From positions 1-25,460 of IMG/VR virus record IMGVR_UViG_3300005528_000178: a stretch of 25,460 bases of DNA, one strand, 5' to 3'. Of the stretch, positions 7,718-14,139 are shown one piece after another. Below the pieces are notes generated by a model. It saw only the letters and a program-made list of their open reading frames with translations. It did no database searches and was not told the DNA's origin. Every line of letters begins with the position of its first letter. Within the stretch, counting starts at the first letter, position 1. The position numbers were made by a program, and so were the translations under genes. The DNA comes from a virus (Duplodnaviria; Caudoviricetes).

Positions 7718-7930
7718 ATGAAGGCTCCCCCGATTTCCAAAGACCTGATCGAGTATCTCGAAAAGGAATTCCCCACCACCTTCATTCTCGCACGACCTGA
7801 CGCCCAACCCTATGAGATCGCCGCTATGGTCCACAAGGAGATAGGTATTCAGCGTGTGGTGAAACACTTGAAGGCGGTTCACGAAGAACAACAGAACGAG
7901 GACCCCCTCAATGTGTATGAAGACACCTAA
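7718..7930 (+). CDS. Hypothetical protein, T7 gp6.5-like position
   Basis: ORF with AGGA upstream and a PPISKDLIEYLEKEFP N-terminus; synteny upstream of the portal. Confidence 0.7.
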   Translation: MKAPPISKDLIEYLEKEFPTTFILARPDAQPYEIAAMVHKEIGIQRVVKHLKAVHEEQQNEDPLNVYEDT

Positions 7931-8093
7931 GACGCCCAAGCCCCCGGCACCACCCCCTCCTCCTGCCTCTGATGAGAAGCCCCAGACCCCGGTGATTGAT
8001 GAGGGCTATGGCGAGGGTGATCAGCTTTCTGCCAAGCGGCGTGGGCGTAGTTCACTGACCATCCCTATCGGTGGTCTGAATATCCCGCGATAA
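7911..8093 (+). CDS. Small Pro-rich virion protein, T7 gp6.7/7.3-like
   Basis: MC start, Pro-rich stretch, basic KRRGRSSL-I tail, directly before the portal. Confidence 0.7.
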   Translation: MCMKTPKTPKPPAPPPPPASDEKPQTPVIDEGYGEGDQLSAKRRGRSSLTIPIGGLNIPR

Positions 8094-8109
8094 CAATAAG
8101 GAATAACTG

Positions 8110-9705
8110 ATGACTGCCTCAAGTCGGTATGAGGCTCTGTCAGGGAAGAGGAATACATATCTGGAGAGGGCGCGAAGCTGTGCAAAGCTCACGATCCCTC
8201 ACCTCTTCCCCCTTGAGGGTGCAAACGAGAGTTCAACATACGACACACCGTACCAGTCTCTTGGTGCGCGTGGCGTGAACAATCTTGCATCTAAGCTTCT
8301 CCTCTCGCTTTTCCCTGTCAATGCTCCCTTTGCTCGTATGCAGTTAGGGGATGCGGAGCTAGATGAACTGGCACAGGCGCAGGGTGCGTCAGGAGATGCT
8401 CTCAGGACAGTAGTCGCTGAAGGTCTAATGAAGGTCGAGAACCGCATGAAGCGGTGGATGGAAGCTAAGACAATCCGTCCCATCATGGACCCCGTCTTCA
8501 AGCATCTGATCGTAGGTGGCAACGTATGCCTCTTGGTCGATGCTGTGTACGGCGGTAGGATGTTCTCCCTAGACAAGTATGTTGTGCGCCGTGACGCCAC
8601 TGGCTTTGTCACGGAAGCTGTGATCAAGGAAGGTGTAGACCTAGACAATGCTCCCCCGGAGATCATTGCCCTCGCTGGAGAGAACCTCACCAGTGACCGC
8701 TCTGATGCCAAGGGTGCATCCAAGTCCAACCTCTTCCTTTACACCCACATCAAGTGGGACGCTAAGGCGAAACAGTACAAGGTACAACAAGAGTTCAACA
8801 ACAAGAAGGTTGCTGGCTCTGAGGGTTCCTACCCTGAGAACAAGATGCCCTTCCTGTTCCTCCGCTGGTCCTTCGTGGATGGTGAGGACTACGGACGCTC
8901 CTACATCGAACAGTACTACGGTGACCTGATGTCACTGGAGACGCTGACCAAGTCTGTCACGCTGGCCTCTAAGGTCACTGGTAAGGCTGTGGTCCTTGTG
9001 CGTCCCGGCGGTGTCACGAATGCCCGTACTCTGTCCAAGGCTGAGACTGGTGACGTTGTCGCTGGTTCGCTGGAAGATGTGGGTATGCTCCAGTTCGATA
9101 AGTGGGCTGACCTCCGCGCCTCGATGGAGATGATCAAGTCCCTTGAGCAGCGCCTGGCCTTTGCCTTCCTCCTCAACTCTGCCATCCAGCGGAACGGTGA
9201 TCGTGTCACCGCAGAGGAGATCAGGTACATGGCTGGTGAACTGGACGATGCGCTTGGTGGCACCTATGCCATGTTCGCGCAGCACCTCCAGCTTCCCTTT
9301 GCCAAGGCTGTACTGTCAGAACTACAGAAACCAAAGGCCGCTGAGTTCAAGCTCCCGGCTCTCCCTAACGGCATCAACCCTGTCATCGTGACTGGTATCG
9401 AGGCTCTTGGTCGTGGACACGATCTACAGAAGCTCGATGTATTCCTTGGTGGTCTTGCTCAGATGCTCGGCCCTCAGGCTTTGCAGTACCTCAACATCGG
9501 TGAGTACATGAGCCGCCGTGCTGTTGCTCTCGATCTCGACATCTCCAACCTCATCAGGTCGGAGGAAGAGATTGCCGCTGAGCGTGAACAGCAGATGCAG
9601 CTTGAGATGATGAACAGGCTTGGGCCTCAGGTCATCAACCAAGCTGGTGGCATGATGAAACAAGAAGTCGCTAATCAAGCACAAGAAGGAAACCCTAGTG
9701 GCTAA
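8110..9705 (+). CDS. Head-tail connector (portal), T7 gp8-like
   Basis: Motifs CAKLTIP.LFP, YQSLGARGVNNLASKL, GEDYGRSY, RVTAEEIR and ALGRGHD; SD TAAGGA. Confidence 0.96.
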   Translation: MTASSRYEALSGKRNTYLERARSCAKLTIPHLFPLEGANESSTYDTPYQSLGARGVNNLASKLLLSLFPVNAPFARMQLGDAELDELAQAQGASGDALRTVVAEGLMKVENRMKRWMEAKTIRPIMDPVFKHLIVGGNVCLLVDAVYGGRMFSLDKYVVRRDATGFVTEAVIKEGVDLDNAPPEIIALAGENLTSDRSDAKGASKSNLFLYTHIKWDAKAKQYKVQQEFNNKKVAGSEGSYPENKMPFLFLRWSFVDGEDYGRSYIEQYYGDLMSLETLTKSVTLASKVTGKAVVLVRPGGVTNARTLSKAETGDVVAGSLEDVGMLQFDKWADLRASMEMIKSLEQRLAFAFLLNSAIQRNGDRVTAEEIRYMAGELDDALGGTYAMFAQHLQLPFAKAVLSELQKPKAAEFKLPALPNGINPVIVTGIEALGRGHDLQKLDVFLGGLAQMLGPQALQYLNIGEYMSRRAVALDLDISNLIRSEEEIAAEREQQMQLEMMNRLGPQVINQAGGMMKQEVANQAQEGNPSG

Positions 9706-9880
9706 CGCCAACATTACCAAGATCGGCATCACTGATGCTGTCGCCAAGGAAGAAGCAGCCAAGCCCTCCAAGGAAGCTGCTGTTGAAGCTGCTGCCCCGA
9801 ACATCTCTGAGCGCCGCGTAGTCGGTAAGAAGGAGATTGTTGGTCCGGGTAATCAGAAGATTGTGATCGAGAACCTCTAA
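9698..9880 (+). CDS. Small hypothetical protein (60 aa) between portal and scaffold
   Basis: GTG start after AAGGA; tightly packed between its neighbours; highly biased codons. Confidence 0.65.
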   Translation: MANANITKIGITDAVAKEEAAKPSKEAAVEAAAPNISERRVVGKKEIVGPGNQKIVIENL

Positions 9881-9881
9881 C

Positions 9882-10643
9882 ATGGAAGTAGGGATCAACG
9901 TCCCGCAGACCGGACCTGAGGCTCCCGCCCAGGCTCCGACGAATGACCGCCCCGCATGGCTCCCTGAGAACTTCAAGTCCCCTGAGGACCTCGCTAAGTC
10001 CTACAAGGAAGCACAGGCTGAACTGACGCGCCTCAAGCAGGGTACCGCTCCCGCAGCTACTGAGGACAAGCCCACCTCTCAGGAACAGCCCAAGGCTCCC
10101 AACAGTGATCTCACTATCGACCAGCAAGCAGCACAGGCTGTCACCAATGCTGGCCTCGATGTCGAGAAGTTGTCCTCAGAGTTCTTTGCTGAGGGGAAGC
10201 TCAAGGACGAGAGTTACGCTGCGCTGGAAAAGGCTGGTATCCCCAAGGCTGTCGTGGATGACTTCATCCGCCTCAAGCAGGGAGAAGCCGACAGCGTCCG
10301 AAACGAGGTTGTCCAGATTGCTGGTGGTCAGGAAGGCTTCCAGCAGATGATCCAGTGGGCGGCTACGAACTACGCTGATGCTGCAATGTACAACCAGATG
10401 ATCTCGTCTGGTGACCCCTCTCAGATGCGTATGGCAATGACTGCACTCAAGTCTGCCTATGTCGCTGCTAATGGTCAGGACCCCTCCCTCGCTATGGGTG
10501 GTGGTGCTGGTGTTGGTGGTGACTTCTACGCCAACGACCTAGAGATGGTCGCTGACATGCAGAAGCCTGAGTATCGCAACGATCCCGCATTCAAACGGAA
10601 GGTACAGGAGAAGGTGGCTCGGTCCACTAACCTGTTTAGGTAA
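9882..10643 (+). CDS. Capsid assembly scaffolding protein, T7 gp9-like
   Basis: RPAWLPENFKSPEDLAKSY, SYAALEKAGI, GGQEGFQQMIQWA and a C-terminal DMQKPEYRNDPAFKRKV. Confidence 0.9.
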   Translation: MEVGINVPQTGPEAPAQAPTNDRPAWLPENFKSPEDLAKSYKEAQAELTRLKQGTAPAATEDKPTSQEQPKAPNSDLTIDQQAAQAVTNAGLDVEKLSSEFFAEGKLKDESYAALEKAGIPKAVVDDFIRLKQGEADSVRNEVVQIAGGQEGFQQMIQWAATNYADAAMYNQMISSGDPSQMRMAMTALKSAYVAANGQDPSLAMGGGAGVGGDFYANDLEMVADMQKPEYRNDPAFKRKVQEKVARSTNLFR

Positions 10644-11197
10644 TGACGAAACCCATTAACAATGATGCCCTCTCACTCATCAAACGGTGGGAGGGCTGCA
10701 AGCTCACTGCTTACCGTGATATCGTAGGCGTCTGGACTATCGGCTATGGACATACCTCAATGGCTGGTCCTCCTACGGTCAAGGCTGGCATGGTTATCAC
10801 TCAGGGTGAAGCTGATGAAATCCTCAAGAAGGACCTCATCAAGTACATAGATGCTGTGGACAATGCAGTGAAGGTTCCGGTGAACGAGAACATGAGAGGC
10901 GCTATGGTGGCTCTATGTTTCAACATTGGACCCGGAGCATTCTCCAAGAGTTCTCTTGTCAGGAAGCTCAATGCTGGTGACGTGTCTGGTGCTGCTGATG
11001 CCTTCCTCTCATGGAAGAAGGCTGGAGGCAGGGTGGTCCAAGGACTACTGAACAGGCGTCACGATGAACGCAAGCTGTTCCTCAAGCCCGACAACGGGGC
11101 AACTATTGCTGCACCTGTGGTCGCTGGTGGGACTGAACGCAAGCCTCTCTTCCTCCTGATCCTTGAAATCATCATGGCTCTCTTCAAGAGGAAATAA
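10643..11197 (+). CDS. Endolysin, GH24 phage lysozyme with a hydrophobic C-terminal tail
   Basis: Catalytic E-x8-D-x5-T in WEGCKLTAYRDIVGVWTIGYGHT; FNIG and GLLNRR.DE..LF motifs. Confidence 0.93.
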   Translation: MTKPINNDALSLIKRWEGCKLTAYRDIVGVWTIGYGHTSMAGPPTVKAGMVITQGEADEILKKDLIKYIDAVDNAVKVPVNENMRGAMVALCFNIGPGAFSKSSLVRKLNAGDVSGAADAFLSWKKAGGRVVQGLLNRRHDERKLFLKPDNGATIAAPVVAGGTERKPLFLLILEIIMALFKRK

Positions 11198-11466
11198 TGT
11201 GGATCATTGCTCTACTCATTGCGGTCTCTGTGGCCGTACTATTTATTCCTCAGCTTAAGGGCTGGAGGACACAGTCCTTCGCAGTCATCACTGCAACATG
11301 GTCTGCCATCCTCCCTCTCTTCGCTGAGATGTTCGACTACTTCCGTGGACTGAAGTGGGACCAGTACTTTGGTCCTGAGGCAGCGCCGTGGATCATCTTG
11401 TCCACCACTGTGGTGTTTATGATCCTTCGCTTCATGACCACAACCCCTGTCGGAAAGAAGCACTAG
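11197..11466 (+). CDS. Small membrane protein with 3 hydrophobic segments, putative holin/antiholin
   Basis: Three hydrophobic stretches and a C-terminal LRFMTTTPVGKK; coupled to the lysozyme by a TAATG overlap. Confidence 0.65.
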   Translation: MWIIALLIAVSVAVLFIPQLKGWRTQSFAVITATWSAILPLFAEMFDYFRGLKWDQYFGPEAAPWIILSTTVVFMILRFMTTTPVGKKH

Positions 11467-11467
11467 C

Positions 11468-11884
11468 GTGTTTGCGCTGCTGACGAAGCTATTGGCAGGA
11501 CCCCTCATTGACAAGGTGCTGAATGTCTTTGTCTCAATGCAGAACCGTAAGGCAACGGAAGCAGAGGTACGCGCTGCCGTCGAAAAGGAAATTCTCTCCA
11601 CGCTCAGCGAAGTTGCTGAAACCCAAGCAAGTGTTCTCAAAGCAGAGATCACTGGAGAGGATTGGCTACAACGAAACTGGCGTCCTATTGTCGCCATATC
11701 GTTCTCCTTTGTATTGCTCTTCTACTCCCTATTGATGCCAATCCTGGTATCATGGTTTGGAGTTCCTCCAGTAAGGACTGGTGATCTTATTCTAGAATGG
11801 ACTTACGACACAGTGTTGTTGTGCCTTAGTGGATACATCGGGGGACGTACAATCGAGAAGGTCGTAAGGATGGTGAAACAGTGA
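11468..11884 (+). CDS. Putative holin, GTA-type 3TM holin family-like
   Basis: AE..GEDWLQRNWRP motif followed by TM segments and GYIGGRTIEK; GTG start. Confidence 0.7.
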   Translation: MFALLTKLLAGPLIDKVLNVFVSMQNRKATEAEVRAAVEKEILSTLSEVAETQASVLKAEITGEDWLQRNWRPIVAISFSFVLLFYSLLMPILVSWFGVPPVRTGDLILEWTYDTVLLCLSGYIGGRTIEKVVRMVKQ

Positions 11885-12306
11885 CTACAATCGCTTACCG
11901 TGATGGTGTCCTTGCCAGTGACAGTCTTGTCACCTTAGGCTCCACCAAAGTCCACGGTAGTTACCAGAAGATCAGGCGTGTCGGTGGACACCTAATCGGG
12001 ACCGCTGGTTCTGTTGCAGCGTGTCAGTCCTTTATTGATTGGGTGCGCTGCGGTGATGACGAGTCCCCTCCTCCCAAGGGTGAATACAACGCACTGATCA
12101 TCGACCCGCGAGGACGGGTACGTGAGATGGAGAATGGGAGTGTACTGCCTGTTCCTCGCGGTGCTAAGTTCTTTGCTATTGGTAGTGGTGCGCCTTATGC
12201 GCTTGCGGCTATGTACGCTGGAGCCTCTGCCACTGAGGCTGTGAAGATCGCAGCCAAGATCGATACCTCGACTGGTCTTCCTGTGAAGACACTCAAAGTT
12301 AAGTAA
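11881..12306 (+). CDS. HslV/proteasome-beta-like Ntn (Thr) peptidase
   Basis: Starts M-TTIAY...LASDS (N-terminal Thr nucleophile), has a conserved Lys in YQKIRR, GTAG and FAIGSGA..ALAAM...A...D..TG. GTGA overlap with the upstream gene. Confidence 0.8.
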   Translation: MTTIAYRDGVLASDSLVTLGSTKVHGSYQKIRRVGGHLIGTAGSVAACQSFIDWVRCGDDESPPPKGEYNALIIDPRGRVREMENGSVLPVPRGAKFFAIGSGAPYALAAMYAGASATEAVKIAAKIDTSTGLPVKTLKVK

Positions 12307-12309
12307 GCA

Positions 12310-12527
12310 TGTTGGGGTAGCGCCCCAGCACTGACCGGGGTGAGCTGGTGACAAGCGGGGAGAGACCTGCACAATCTCCGTGTCCATAGTCACACTGACC
12401 TCTCGTCGGTGACTTCTAAGAACCACTACGCGATACTCTTGACCCCGCGAACTCCCCTGAGGGGGAATAATCGTAGGACAATCTCGCTGTGCAGCGTGTG
12501 AGTTTCGAGAAGGTGAAAACCTCCCTC
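12310..12527 (+). ncRNA. Candidate structured RNA(s) / capsid mRNA leader
   Basis: A 243-nt non-coding gap in an otherwise overlapping gene array, almost fully covered by hairpins: 12310-12330, 12334-12349, 12355-12370, 12388-12414, about 12420-12505, and a GAAA-capped 12511-12522. Confidence 0.5.
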
Positions 12528-12549
12528 AATCCTTACACGGAGAAACTAA

Positions 12550-13488
12550 ATGTCTAACGCAACTCTGACCCGTGTCGGTCAGGTTAACGGGGCTGGCGAT
12601 GCTGAAGCCCTCTTCCTTAAGATGTTCTCTGGCGAAGTCCTCGCCTCCTTCAACCTTGCCAACGTCTTCGGTGATAAGCACCGTGTGAAGTCGATCTCGC
12701 AGGGTAAGTCTCACCAGTTCCCTGCCATCGGCACGGCGACTGCTGGTTACCACACTCCCGGCACCGAAATCGTTGGTCGTAACTCGGTCCTCCAGAACGA
12801 GCGTGTGATCACCATCGATGACGTTCTGCTGGCTAACGAGTACATCGCTGAGATCGATGAACTCAAGTCGCACTACGATGTCCGTGGTGAGTACGCGAAG
12901 CAGATGGGTGAAGCCCTCGCGGATCAGTATGACCGCAACGTGGCCCGTAACCTCGTCCTCGCTGCCCGCGCCTCTGCGACGATCACTGGCGGTAACGGCG
13001 GTGGCTCGGCCACTCAGGCGAACTTCGCTACGGACGCTGCCCTCCTCGCGGCTGGTATCTACAGCATGGCTCAGTCCTTCGATGAGAAGGGTCTCCCTGA
13101 GGCTGAACGTTATGTGGCTGTGAAGCCCGCCCAGTACTACCTGATGGTTCAGAAGACTGATCTCATCAACAAGGACTGGGGTGGTGTTGGTAGCTACGCT
13201 TCGGGCCAGATGGGCACCGTGGCTGGCGTCACCATCGTCAAGTCGAACAAGGTCCCTCAGGCCAACGATACGTCGAACACCGCTATCCCGTCTGGCTATC
13301 GCGCCAACTACTCCACGACTGTCGCCATCGGTTGGCACCCGTGGGCCGTTGGCACCGTCAAGCTCATGGACGTTCGCTCTGAGAGCGTCTGGGACGTTCG
13401 CCGTCAGTCCACGCTGCTGCTTGCTAAGTATGCTTGCGGCCACGGAATTTTGAGGCCCGAATGCGCGTTTGAGTTTAAGAGCGCCTAA
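12550..13488 (+). CDS. Major capsid protein, T7 gp10-like
   Basis: ALFLKMFSGEVL, GKSHQFP.IG, ERVITIDD.L, YDVRGEY..QMGEALA and GHGILRPECA; SD GGAG 12539-12542; strong codon bias. Confidence 0.97.
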   Translation: MSNATLTRVGQVNGAGDAEALFLKMFSGEVLASFNLANVFGDKHRVKSISQGKSHQFPAIGTATAGYHTPGTEIVGRNSVLQNERVITIDDVLLANEYIAEIDELKSHYDVRGEYAKQMGEALADQYDRNVARNLVLAARASATITGGNGGGSATQANFATDAALLAAGIYSMAQSFDEKGLPEAERYVAVKPAQYYLMVQKTDLINKDWGGVGSYASGQMGTVAGVTIVKSNKVPQANDTSNTAIPSGYRANYSTTVAIGWHPWAVGTVKLMDVRSESVWDVRRQSTLLLAKYACGHGILRPECAFEFKSA

Positions 13489-13502
13489 TCAACATTAACC
13501 CC

Positions 13503-13540
13503 GCCGGGGATCGCCTTCGGGTGGTCCTCGGCTTTTTTTT
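13503..13540 (+). terminator. Intrinsic terminator after the capsid gene (T-phi equivalent)
   Basis: GCCGGGGATCGCC-TTCG-GGTGGTCCTCGGC followed by T8. Confidence 0.92.
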
Positions 13541-13551
13541 CTTTGGACAAC

Positions 13552-14139
13552 ATGGACGCTATTGCTCTCACTACAGAACTAGAAGCCATCAACGAGATGC
13601 TGAATGCTATCGGTGAGGGCCAGGTGTCTTCAATCGACACTGGCAACGCTGATGTGCAACAGTGTGTGCGGCTTCTCCGCGACCACTCCCGCAAGGTACA
13701 GAAGCGAGGCTGGTGGTTCAACACAGACGCTGAATACGAGATCACGCCAGACGGCAACGGTAACCTCATCCTCCCCGCTAACACACTTAGAGTGGACCCT
13801 GTGGGGGACGATAGGTGGGAGAAGCCGTGGGTTCAGCGTGGTACTAAGCTGTACGACCCCAACGATCACACGTTTGTCTTCACTGAAAGCGTGAAGGTAG
13901 ACCTCGTCCTCGGTCTTGCATGGGAGGAACTCCCGCAGACTGCCCGTGACTACATCACTGCATGTGCAGGATTGGAGTTCACTGACACGGATATGGCTTC
14001 AGAGATCAGACATGCCTTCACTCAACGCCGCAAGGACGAAGCATGGCTGGAGCTTCTGAAGGAAGACGCTGAAGCCTCTGACTATAACATGTTCCGCGAC
14101 AGTACCGCTGGACTAGAGATGGCCCGCAGGAGAATTTAA
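13552..14139 (+). CDS. Tail tubular protein A, T7 gp11-like
   Basis: TELEAINEML.AIGE, VQ.RGWWFN, RG.KLYD and ELPQ.ARDYI; follows the capsid terminator. Confidence 0.92.
   Translation: MDAIALTTELEAINEMLNAIGEGQVSSIDTGNADVQQCVRLLRDHSRKVQKRGWWFNTDAEYEITPDGNGNLILPANTLRVDPVGDDRWEKPWVQRGTKLYDPNDHTFVFTESVKVDLVLGLAWEELPQTARDYITACAGLEFTDTDMASEIRHAFTQRRKDEAWLELLKEDAEASDYNMFRDSTAGLEMARRRI

Noticed and set aside
12310-12380. tRNA, hammerhead or twister ribozyme
   Set aside because: There is no acceptor stem, TTCG loop or CCA. CTGA...GACAA does not fit the CUGANGA/GAAA hammerhead core. GGTGACAAGC resembles part of twister, but the closing pairing and the other elements are missing.
12526-13443. Long minus-strand ORFs (also 171-746, 8199-8729, 19654-20463, 21483-22319, 22887-23810)
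   Set aside because: They are antisense shadows of strongly codon-biased + strand genes, with no recognisable motifs.
13441-13545. T7 10B-like frameshifted minor capsid extension
   Set aside because: There is no convincing slippery heptamer, and the terminator follows within about 15 nt of the stop, leaving no room for an extra domain.
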